A DNA stretch of 64,000 nucleotides from a virus: IMG/VR virus record IMGVR_UViG_3300034069_000930, positions 1 to 64,000 of that record; one strand, written 5' to 3'. Below, piece after piece: positions 50,525 through 58,349 of this stretch (positions within the stretch are counted from its first letter, which is position 1; each line of letters opens with the position of its first letter). Below the pieces are notes generated by a model. It was not told the DNA's origin. It was given only the letters and a program-made list of their open reading frames with translations, and made no database searches. The position numbers and the translations under genes are program-made.

Positions 50525-52287
50525 GCCTCGTCCTTCTCTTCGCCGCCGCCAAGGCTCAGCCGGCTTTCACGCTCAATGTCGCTGAGCGGATTCGTCACCG
50601 GGTCATCGCCTTCGCCGCTCAATTCACTCGGCGTTGGCGGATTGTCGTCGGCCTCGGCGATGATCGCCGGGGTGATCTCGGGGAACGCCCCGGTGTCAGC
50701 CAGCCCTTGCAGGGCAATCGCTTCGGACGTCAACCCGGCCTCGTGAACTGCGATCTTCGCCGCAGCCAACTTGGTCGAGACATCGACCCGGTCCGCCTCA
50801 GAAAGCGGAACCGGCGTATCAAGGTCGAGGCCAGCATAGGGAGAGTCGGCGTCATGGGCGACGCGAGCCCTGGCCTCTTCAGCGCTGATGGACCTCGTGC
50901 GAACCAGCACCTCGTCCGTTTCCGCATTCGTCTTGCGGATGTCGGCACGCTCGGCGTCCGACATGGAACGGAGGTGCAAGAACTCATAGCCGATGTCCGG
51001 ATCGACCTCGCCGAACTCGGAAAGCTGAACGAAGGCCAGCACCTTGTCGAGATTCGGACCGAAGAACGAAATCTGGTAGGCGTGAATGAAATCGTGCCAG
51101 ACGTCGATCTCGCCCTCGGACGAGGCGTTCAGGCCCGATGGTGTGATGCCGGTGTAAACGACCAGCGGAATGCCGGTGACGGAGCAGATTTGCTCTTGCG
51201 CCTGCGCTTGAAGCTTGTCGGTCGTCCCAAGCGGGGTCGAGACGTTGAAAAAGTCTTCGTCCTTGTTCAGGACCATCGTTCCTCGATTATCGCGCAACTC
51301 GGTGAAGAGCGCGATACGCCGGTCTAGGCTAGCCCCAGTGGGATCCGCCGCCGCGGCGAGGTCGATCTTGATACCGCTGACCGAAAACGACTTCAGCAGG
51401 TCGGCGACCGACTGGCGAGCATCGAGCCAGTTTTCGACGTAGGGCCGAGCCAACTGACTCAGCGAAACACCGCCGAAGCTGTAGGCCGGCTTCAGCATGT
51501 CAGGCACCTCCCGTCCCACGAACGTGAGCATGCGAGAGGTGTGAACCGGGCGCCCCATGACATACCATGTCTGCGGCACGTACCATTCGGGGCTGAGCGG
51601 ATCTGCGGTGTTATAGCTCTGCGGGTAGGTCCAGACCGCTTCGACATTCTTCAAGCGCTTCAGGGCGCCCTGACCGACCTTGGCCTTGCTGACGTCGTCC
51701 TGACCATCACCAACGGACGTCGTTATCTCGTGGGGACCGATATCGCCGAGGTCGATGAAGATGTGCGATCGGCCGAAATAGCAGTCATGAGCCGCCGCCT
51801 CTTGGAAGCACTCTTTGACCTTCAGGCGAGCGAAAGCCGCGTCGATTTTTGCCAGCTTCTCAGATTTGTCCTCGTCGCCTCGGGCGATCAGCTTGATCCA
51901 GCGCCGCGTCATGGCGCCGGAGATGGCGTCCGCGATGCGCCGATATTCGGGGCGCTGCGCCAACTCCGCGAGCTGCTGAAACCCGATGAAGCCGTAGCCG
52001 TCGCCGTAGGCCCCACCCCCGAGATCCGCACCCCAGCCACCCCAGGACCCCGTCGTGGCCCCGAAAGCATCATCCATCGCCATGCCGGCCGTCTTCGGCG
52101 TGGCGGCCGGCGGGTGAGCGGCAGGCTTGAACGGATCCTTGCGGGGTTGGATCTCAGCGGCGCCAGAGCGGGCCGCCGCGATCATCATGTCGAGTTGGCG
52201 AGCGGTCAGCCCGACAGGCCTCGGCGCCTCAGCGGAGGCCATAGACGGCAAAACCTGTCGAACCCTACGCCGAGAGCGCTTGCTCAA
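50521..52287 (-). CDS. portal protein (DUF1073-like)
   Basis: 588 aa. ATGA-coupled to terL. Size and position are typical. Acidic C-terminus. Confidence 0.8.
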   Translation of the reverse strand: MSKRSRRRVRQVLPSMASAEAPRPVGLTARQLDMMIAAARSGAAEIQPRKDPFKPAAHPPAATPKTAGMAMDDAFGATTGSWGGWGADLGGGAYGDGYGFIGFQQLAELAQRPEYRRIADAISGAMTRRWIKLIARGDEDKSEKLAKIDAAFARLKVKECFQEAAAHDCYFGRSHIFIDLGDIGPHEITTSVGDGQDDVSKAKVGQGALKRLKNVEAVWTYPQSYNTADPLSPEWYVPQTWYVMGRPVHTSRMLTFVGREVPDMLKPAYSFGGVSLSQLARPYVENWLDARQSVADLLKSFSVSGIKIDLAAAADPTGASLDRRIALFTELRDNRGTMVLNKDEDFFNVSTPLGTTDKLQAQAQEQICSVTGIPLVVYTGITPSGLNASSEGEIDVWHDFIHAYQISFFGPNLDKVLAFVQLSEFGEVDPDIGYEFLHLRSMSDAERADIRKTNAETDEVLVRTRSISAEEARARVAHDADSPYAGLDLDTPVPLSEADRVDVSTKLAAAKIAVHEAGLTSEAIALQGLADTGAFPEITPAIIAEADDNPPTPSELSGEGDDPVTNPLSDIERESRLSLGGGEEKDEA

Positions 52288-53828
52288 CGACGACGCCCCA
52301 TGCGGGACGCGAAGCGCCCAACGGGAGAAGAGAACCGAGCCAGCATCTCATCAGAGATGACGATCGGCTTCGGGCCGGTCGGAACTGCGAATGTCAGCCC
52401 AAGGGCGTCAGCAAGATCGGGAGAGCGGAGGCCGCGCTTTTTCATGGCGTCCTTCGCCTCGACCACAATCTTGCCCAGGCTGTTGAGGGCATATTTGACG
52501 CTGGACACCTCGCCAGCGAGATCCTGCGCCTCATCATGGGGCGCCTTGACCAAACTGGGCTCGGCATCCCGGAACCACTCCGACATTTCAAGCCAGAGGA
52601 AGTCACGAAGCTTGTTCGGCACTGCTTCGACCCCGCCGCGCTCACGCTCTGGGGCCGCCTCGGCGACGTTGACGTCGACCACGGGTGCCTTGTTCTCGCG
52701 AAGGCGATCCGCGACACCAGCACCGAGCCCGACGACATCGACATGGATGGCGTCGATCTTGCGCGACTGCCACAGAGCGAGCGCTTGTCCCGCCGTCGCC
52801 ATCGTGTCCTGCTTGGCGCAGACGATGATGTCCTCAATTATCCGGCCTTGCCGGATGAGGAACACTGTCCGATCGTCACCGAACCTGGCCACATCCACAC
52901 CGAGGATGCGAGGCCCTTCGGCCACAACATCCTGCCGCTCAAGTGCGGCCTCGGCATGCTCCAAAGGGATGAGGACGTCGTCGTCCTGTTTGGGAAACTC
53001 GCCATCAGCACGGACACGGACGACGTTCGATCCCTCGCCGAATTTCCGCACCAGCAGTGGGCGATAGGCAGGGTCGACGAGCGGGCTGTCAGAGCATGCG
53101 AAATGCAGCGGGGTGTAATCGGCGCGGTCTTGCTTGTGAGACCGCGCAAAGTACCCTGTGTTCTTGGTGGGGTTTCCCACCATGAGAAGCCGAGCGCCGT
53201 GCGATGACAGAGCACCTTCGGCCACCTCGAAGATCTTGTCGTCAACGCCAGACGCTTCCTCGACAACGAAGAAGATTTGGCCGCCGTCACCGACCGACGT
53301 GACCGATCGGCCGTCCGAGCCGATCACGATGTCGGAGGCGTGGAAACCCTGCAGCGCGTCCGGGTTCTCCTTGCGGGCCGTCCGGGCCACCGCGAACCAC
53401 TCATCGGCGCCGCCGTTGGCGGTGACGCGATCCTGAGTGATCTTGAATAGGCTTCCGAGCCAAAGCTCTTTAGGTAACCCATCCCTGCGGCTGACTTCGT
53501 CGCTGGCACGCGACCACTTGCTCAGCTCGGACCAAAGAACGTCGCGCAACTGACTTGCCGAAGGAGCCGTGCAGGGCACCTTGGGAAAATCAAAGCATTC
53601 CAACATCCACCACATCGCTGCCGACGTGGCCCCGCTCTTGCCGACACCGTGTCCTGCCCGGACGGTCACTTTAGCCCCAGGAGGAGCGACGGCCTGCAGC
53701 AAACTCAGTTGCTGGTGCGTCGGGTTCATCCCGAGGCGGTGCCGGACGTAGCTTTCTGGGTCTGTCCGCCAGTATTCGCGGAGGCCTTGCCACTCGCGAA
53801 GGTCGGCTTCTTGCAGCCCATCAGCCAA
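52284..53828 (-). CDS. terL: terminase large subunit
   Basis: 514 aa. Walker A RAGHGVGKS, Walker B IFFVVEEASG, C-terminal nuclease-type GVDVARFGDD. Confidence 0.9.
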   Translation of the reverse strand: MADGLQEADLREWQGLREYWRTDPESYVRHRLGMNPTHQQLSLLQAVAPPGAKVTVRAGHGVGKSGATSAAMWWMLECFDFPKVPCTAPSASQLRDVLWSELSKWSRASDEVSRRDGLPKELWLGSLFKITQDRVTANGGADEWFAVARTARKENPDALQGFHASDIVIGSDGRSVTSVGDGGQIFFVVEEASGVDDKIFEVAEGALSSHGARLLMVGNPTKNTGYFARSHKQDRADYTPLHFACSDSPLVDPAYRPLLVRKFGEGSNVVRVRADGEFPKQDDDVLIPLEHAEAALERQDVVAEGPRILGVDVARFGDDRTVFLIRQGRIIEDIIVCAKQDTMATAGQALALWQSRKIDAIHVDVVGLGAGVADRLRENKAPVVDVNVAEAAPERERGGVEAVPNKLRDFLWLEMSEWFRDAEPSLVKAPHDEAQDLAGEVSSVKYALNSLGKIVVEAKDAMKKRGLRSPDLADALGLTFAVPTGPKPIVISDEMLARFSSPVGRFASRMGRRR

Positions 53829-54402
53829 GCCGGTCGATACCCTTCACCCGCCTTATGAGATCGGGCAGCCCACCACCAAGATTAACTTCGCCTGAGTGCT
53901 CTACCTTGTCCTTGAATGCGCCGAGATGCCGACCGAGGTCCACAAGCGCGCCCTTTTTGTCATACATCTTGACCTTCAGGGCGCCGTCCTTGGTCTGGCT
54001 AACCTCGGAGATCGCTGCGGCCGTGGCATCGTCGAGTTTGTCGCTGTCGATCAAGGCGACATTGTTGAATGCCCTGACGATAGGCTCGCCGGAGTCAACG
54101 TCTTCGCCGACCTCAGTTAGGTTCGATGACCAGCGGATTAGCTTGCGAATATCACTGAAGCCGATTTTAGCTAATTCGCCGATGACGTTCTCAAGCGTCA
54201 CGCCGATAGCTTTAACGGCTACGGCTGCAGCTTCGGCCTGAATTTCCTCAACACGGGCTCGGACCCGTTCATTCCCGTTCAGCCGAGCGGCATTGCTGTC
54301 GTTCGGGGCGTAGCCTGCTGAGACGAAAGCTGCAGCGGCCGACTGACCTTGAGCGCGAGCCTGAGCGAACAGTTCGTGCTTTGAGTTCTGGAGAACGGGC
54401 AC
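53821..54402 (-). CDS. terS: terminase small subunit (P27-like)
   Basis: 193 aa. NSKHELFAQARAQGQSAAAAFVSAGY...NAARLNGNERVRARVEE matches the family N-terminus. Confidence 0.8.
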   Translation of the reverse strand: MPVLQNSKHELFAQARAQGQSAAAAFVSAGYAPNDSNAARLNGNERVRARVEEIQAEAAAVAVKAIGVTLENVIGELAKIGFSDIRKLIRWSSNLTEVGEDVDSGEPIVRAFNNVALIDSDKLDDATAAAISEVSQTKDGALKVKMYDKKGALVDLGRHLGAFKDKVEHSGEVNLGGGLPDLIRRVKGIDRLG

Positions 54403-54448
54403 CGCTCAGGATCATTCCAAAAGGCTCAGCCCGTGATTGGGCCTCAAC

Positions 54449-54637
54449 TCAGTTTCGATGTGGCGCTGGCCTACCAGGGCCAGGTCCTACGCGGAGACCA
54501 TAAATCTCGTCATAGCCCGCTGCGATCTCCGCCCGCGGCGAATCCAACACATCTGCATAGACGGTGAGGAATTGGGCGTCTGCGTGCTGCCTCTGCGCTT
54601 CGGCCTGTTGTGCTGCCTTGCGTTCCGTAGGCGTCAC
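54449..54637 (-). CDS. hypothetical small protein
   Basis: 62 aa. The GTG start overlaps the stop of the upstream micro-ORF (GTGA). Confidence 0.4.
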   Translation of the reverse strand: MTPTERKAAQQAEAQRQHADAQFLTVYADVLDSPRAEIAAGYDEIYGLRVGPGPGRPAPHRN

Positions 54638-54798
54638 AAACCACCCGGCGCGAGGTAGAACAGCAGCAGCACGATCAACAGCAGCCCGACAAGGCCGATG
54701 CCGCCAAACCCACCCGCGCCATAGGCGCCGCGGTTCATTCCGTAGTAGCCGCCACCGCCGAAGAGGATCAACAGCACGAGAATCAGGAGGATCAGCAT
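54634..54798 (-). CDS. 54-aa Gly-rich two-TM membrane peptide (DUF3309-like)
   Basis: Not in the track (<60 aa). MLILLILVLLILFGGGGYYGMNRGAYGAGGFGGIGLVGLLLIVLLLFYLAPGGL. Confidence 0.45.
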   Translation of the reverse strand: MLILLILVLLILFGGGGYYGMNRGAYGAGGFGGIGLVGLLLIVLLLFYLAPGGL

Positions 54799-55001
54799 GG
54801 CTTACCCTTGGTCTCAGAGGCTTCGGCAGGCTTGGTCGCTGGCTTGCTCGGGATATGCCGGTTCATGCCGTTCGCTCGGGCGAAGTTTTCGCTCACGTAA
54901 ACGTGCGGGCGGATCTCGACCATGCGGGTTTTGACGGGGTCCTCGGGGGAGCCGTCTTGACGTGTGTGGGACATTGCGTCCGTTATTTGGGCTTGATGCA
55001 C
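54792..55001 (-). CDS. hypothetical small protein (start uncertain, ATG 54974 alternative)
   Basis: 69-aa ORF overlapping the next start by 7 nt. Confidence 0.35.
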   Translation of the reverse strand: MHQAQITDAMSHTRQDGSPEDPVKTRMVEIRPHVYVSENFARANGMNRHIPSKPATKPAEASETKGKPC

Positions 55002-55122
55002 CCCGCTTTTTCGGCTTAGGCCGAACGGGGGCGCTAGCGATGCTCAGAACGACCGGCTTGCACGAGAGGCCGATGGGGACCGATGCACCTACGGATTTCG
55101 TCCGCCCGCTACGGTTTGCACA

Positions 55123-55818
55123 TTATTCGGCGCGATGCAAGCGTATTTTTCCGTTCGGCAGTATCGTTTCAATCAGCTTTCCTTCGCGCAGGAGCTGCGC
55201 CTCCCGCTCTTTGCGGACGTTACGGTTTGATCGGCCGCTTGGTGCCAAGGACACATTCTGAGACCGTAGGTGCTCGTGCGAACCTCCATTATATCGGTTT
55301 GCCTTGACCAACCTCCCTCGACGCTCAAGCCAAGACGCTATCTCCTGCGCTTGTTTTTCATTTCTCGCCAAAGCTGTGTATCGATTTCTCAGCAGTCTCT
55401 CAGCGGCCGTTTCACGTTCTCGGAGCGCCTTCTTCTGTAATGCTTTTACACGCGCCAGCCGAGCTGAGGCCCGCTGCCGCATCTCTTGCTCTGTTAATCG
55501 ACGACCTCCAGGACCGCCGCCTCCACCCGGCATCGCATTCGTCAACTCCGGCAAGCTGTCCACGATCTCAAACTCGTGCTCCAGCGCGTCGTCTTCTATC
55601 TCGTACTCAGCGACGATCTGGATCTCGACCTCATCGCCGCGTGTCAGGATCTCCTGGATTTTTGCGACCTTGCGGGCGTTGCCAGATAGATCGCCTCGGC
55701 CGACCGCACGAGCGTGCTGCCAAGCACGATCCCTCTGTCCCTTGCCGCAATAGAACGGCACGCCGGTTCGGGGATCGGTGAGGAGGTACACGTAGAACGA
55801 GGATGGATAAGAAGGCAC
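55123..55818 (-). CDS. GIY-YIG nuclease domain protein (homing-endonuclease-like)
   Basis: 231 aa from GTG 55818 (GGAGG 6 nt upstream). FYVYLLTDPRTGVPFYCGKGQRDRAWQH is GIY...YxG...R...H. Basic coiled C-terminus. Lower GC. Confidence 0.7.
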   Translation of the reverse strand: MPSYPSSFYVYLLTDPRTGVPFYCGKGQRDRAWQHARAVGRGDLSGNARKVAKIQEILTRGDEVEIQIVAEYEIEDDALEHEFEIVDSLPELTNAMPGGGGGPGGRRLTEQEMRQRASARLARVKALQKKALRERETAAERLLRNRYTALARNEKQAQEIASWLERRGRLVKANRYNGGSHEHLRSQNVSLAPSGRSNRNVRKEREAQLLREGKLIETILPNGKIRLHRAE

Positions 55819-55869
55819 TTGGCACCTCCACAAATAGCGATATCCTGATCTGCCTGGGATAGGCCACAT

Positions 55870-56079
55870 ATGGACGGATTGCAAGGCATGATCGCACCGA
55901 AGGAAGATGGGACCGCATTCGCGCGATGGATGGACCGCCATAAGCTTTCGAGCTACTCGGCGGCGGTAGCCCTTGGCTGCTCGCGCACCTCAGTCCAGAA
56001 ATGGCGAGAGAAGGAACCGCCCCTCTACGTCCTCATGGCCTGCGCTGCCTACTCGGTTGGGGTGGCGCCGATCCGTTGA
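55870..56079 (+). CDS. small HTH protein on the opposite strand
   Basis: 69 aa. LSSYSAAVALGCSRTSVQKWRE is HTH-like. Reasonable GC3. Overlaps the DUF551 3' end by 31 nt. Confidence 0.5.
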   Translation: MDGLQGMIAPKEDGTAFARWMDRHKLSSYSAAVALGCSRTSVQKWREKEPPLYVLMACAAYSVGVAPIR

Positions 56080-56408
56080 GTTTTTGCTAACTTTTTTGCG
56101 TCCCTTGCCTCTCTGTCTTCGCGCTTCCTCCGTCGCACAATGGCGTCCTCCGCGAAAATTGGTGGAGGTGATGGCAAAGGGTGCCAATGTGTTGGTCGAG
56201 GTGCTTGCTTGCCATGATAGACTGTTGATTTCATTCCTGGCCTGCCATAAAGAATAGATTTATCGCCATATCGGTAAGCAATCCACATGTTACAGCCATA
56301 ATGGTCGCGTTCGGACCACAATGAATGCTCTCAATATGCGTCCTGATTTTGGACTATGACATAAGTGCCATCGTTCGGCATGGTCACAATTGGCTGCCAT
56401 TCACTCAC
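56049..56408 (-). pseudogene. DUF551-like gene interrupted by an in-frame TGA
   Basis: GTG 56408 gives VSEWQPIVTMPNDGTYVIVQNQDAY, then TGA at 56331-56333. The same frame continues EHSLWSERDHYGCNMW...PTHWHPLPSPPP (the DUF551 HWxPLPxPP signature). Confidence 0.55.
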
Positions 56409-57154
56409 GCCACCGCCTCCACCTGGTCCATCGAAACGTCGACAGCGCCGAGCAGGTCCATCAAAACCTTCACCCGCTCACCCACCGTCATCTCGACCAG
56501 CCCTCGGATACCCGCAAACGGCCCCCCGGTGATCAGAACCTTGTCGAGCCGCTTGACCTTAGGCGGCCGGCTTCGGGTCGCGTCAAAGAGACCTTCTGCC
56601 TCAAGCCGGGCGAACTTCTCCACTTCGCCGAGCGGAACGGTGATCGGCTCTTTCGTGATCGGACGGCGTACCAGAGCGCCAAGTCCGTCGACACGATCCA
56701 GCCCGAGCCAATTGGGATCCCGGTTGTCGGGGCGGAGGAAGCCATAGGTCCCAAACAGCGGCCGTTCCACGGCGACCTTCTTTGGCTGGCCCGGCTGCGG
56801 GCGCTTGACAAGTTGCCACTCCTTCGATTTCGGACAGGTGAAGACCCACCCATGTTCCTTGCATCCGCGCTGCACCTTGTCGTGGAGACGAGGGGCGAAG
56901 GTCGCGACAAGCCACCGATGATCTGTGGTGACGATCTCCGCCGCGATGGCCGGTGCGATCGGCTGGGGTTCGAGCAACGTGGCGTGCTTAAAAGCGGCGC
57001 GGATGTCTTCAGGTGAGCTATCGGCTCCCAACGTCGGCCTCGCCCCCTCCCGCTTTGCACGGTCGGCCCGTTCCACCATATCGCCGCGCATGCTGGCGAA
57101 TGACTTCAACAGCGACGGGCGCTGGTTCTCATCGTCCATAGTTGAAATAGACAT
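56405..57154 (-). CDS. NusG/RfaH-like transcription antitermination protein
   Basis: 249 aa. NGN-like RWLVATFAPRLHDKV...ERPLFGTYGFL. KOW motif DKVLITGGPFAGIRGLVE. About 75-aa N-terminal extension. Confidence 0.8.
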   Translation of the reverse strand: MSISTMDDENQRPSLLKSFASMRGDMVERADRAKREGARPTLGADSSPEDIRAAFKHATLLEPQPIAPAIAAEIVTTDHRWLVATFAPRLHDKVQRGCKEHGWVFTCPKSKEWQLVKRPQPGQPKKVAVERPLFGTYGFLRPDNRDPNWLGLDRVDGLGALVRRPITKEPITVPLGEVEKFARLEAEGLFDATRSRPPKVKRLDKVLITGGPFAGIRGLVEMTVGERVKVLMDLLGAVDVSMDQVEAVA

Positions 57155-57170
57155 TCGGATCGCCTATCAA
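57142..57170 (+). promoter_or_regulatory. sigma70-like promoter facing away from the NusG-like gene
   Basis: TTGAAA (57142-57147), 17 nt, TATCAA (57165-57170). It overlaps the NusG-like start codon (57152-57154). Confidence 0.45.
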
Positions 57171-57176
57171 GAAGGG

Positions 57177-57240
57177 GCACGCCGCCAAGCTGCCCTGCGA
57201 TCTGACCCGCCCGGTCCATGCCGGGCGGGTTTCTTGTTTG
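57177..57240 (+). ncRNA. candidate ~64-nt cis-antisense sRNA
   Basis: The predicted TSS is about 7 nt after the -10. A 5' stem GGGCA/TGCCC (57175-57195), then the terminator at 57205-57240. No ORF. Fully antisense to the leader of the NusG-like mRNA. Confidence 0.4.
57205..57240 (+). terminator. intrinsic terminator (plus-strand orientation)
   Basis: ACCCGCCCGG-TCCATG-CCGGGCGGGT, a 10-bp stem followed by TTCTTGTTTG. Confidence 0.65.
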
Positions 57241-57395
57241 TGGTGTTGGGCAGAAGGGAACTGGCTTTTCGGCATTACCTCAGTGGCCCGACACCTCCCC
57301 TTACGGGGATCTCTGAATAGGGTTGGCGTCAGGCACGAGGGCAGTGGTCCTTCCGGACAAGGTGCCGTGGGCCCGACGCCCCGCTCAGCCGCCGA

Positions 57396-58349
57396 TCACT
57401 CGGCCGCCATGCGGAAGAGTTCGGCGGCGGACAAATCCTTCATGGTCGCTTCCGACACACGACCGATGGCCCGCCGCCACTCCGACCAAAGGTCGGAAAG
57501 CAAATGCTTCGTCATCACCCGCACGGCGTCGTCGTGCTGGTGCTTCTTCGTCCACGACGGTTCGGGCGGGTTCTTCCCGTTCACCATCGGTGCAAGGGGG
57601 TGCGTGATGGCCGTGTGTTCCCGGCGCTGGTCGTAGACGAGGCGGTACGGGCCGGCCGGCCGGGTGCCGTCTTTCGCCGCTGTTTGGCCCCGAAAGAGAG
57701 GATCGCCGACGCAAGAATAAATCTCGGCCCGCCGCTGCGGCGAGTAGCCCAACTGGCTCCATTCGTCCGACGTGAGCGCTTTGTCGCCCATGCGGCCGCG
57801 CTCGGACTTCCAATTCGACATGGCGCGACCGTTGTAGGGGGCGAGACCGAGGCGCTTCCACAAAGCCGCTGGGCCGTGCTTCGCAGGCCTGTCGCGGTCG
57901 GGATATCGCGAAAGGTCGCCGGCCTCGGCCACGATAACGGCGAAGGCCAGCTCGCCGAGCCCCCGAACGGACTTTGCCCATAGGAAGGCCGGCAACGTGC
58001 GGGCGATGCGGCACATCTGAAGCTCGACTTCGTGCCGTGCGCTTGCATAGGGCGCGACACCAGCTCGCACGATCTCGAACTCGGCCATGAGAACACCAGC
58101 AATGTTGCTGTCCTCCGCCCGCTGCTCCTTGCCGTTCATGTAAGCGCCGATAATTCGAGCGGCCCGAGCGGCCAGCTTGTCGCGCTCGGCGATCTCAGCC
58201 TCATCGGCATCGGCGACATAGTGAGCACCAAGTGCGCGGCGAACCGTGCCTCCGAGAGCGTTCGTTTGTTTGTTGATGGCCTTCGTGTAGCGGCGGCGCT
58301 TGACCTGCAACTCCTGCAGTGTCGCGATGCGATCTTCAAGCGGCAGCAT
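57396..58349 (-). CDS. IS110-type transposase C-terminal (Transposase_20-like) domain protein lacking the DEDD/RuvC half
   Basis: 317 aa from ATG 58349 (GGAGG 6 nt upstream; track start 58394). VRGLGELAFAVIVAEAGDLSRYP...LWKRLGLAP resembles the HhH region of IS110-family enzymes. The N-terminus is coiled coil only. Confidence 0.55.
   Translation of the reverse strand: MLPLEDRIATLQELQVKRRRYTKAINKQTNALGGTVRRALGAHYVADADEAEIAERDKLAARAARIIGAYMNGKEQRAEDSNIAGVLMAEFEIVRAGVAPYASARHEVELQMCRIARTLPAFLWAKSVRGLGELAFAVIVAEAGDLSRYPDRDRPAKHGPAALWKRLGLAPYNGRAMSNWKSERGRMGDKALTSDEWSQLGYSPQRRAEIYSCVGDPLFRGQTAAKDGTRPAGPYRLVYDQRREHTAITHPLAPMVNGKNPPEPSWTKKHQHDDAVRVMTKHLLSDLWSEWRRAIGRVSEATMKDLSAAELFRMAAE

Noticed and set aside
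57205-57240. The GC hairpin read as the terminator of the minus-strand replication operon (after the gene ending at 57396).
   Set aside because: The T-run is on the plus strand only. On the minus strand the stem is followed by TCAGATCG. The orientation fits a plus-strand transcript, so it is reported instead as part of the antisense RNA candidate.
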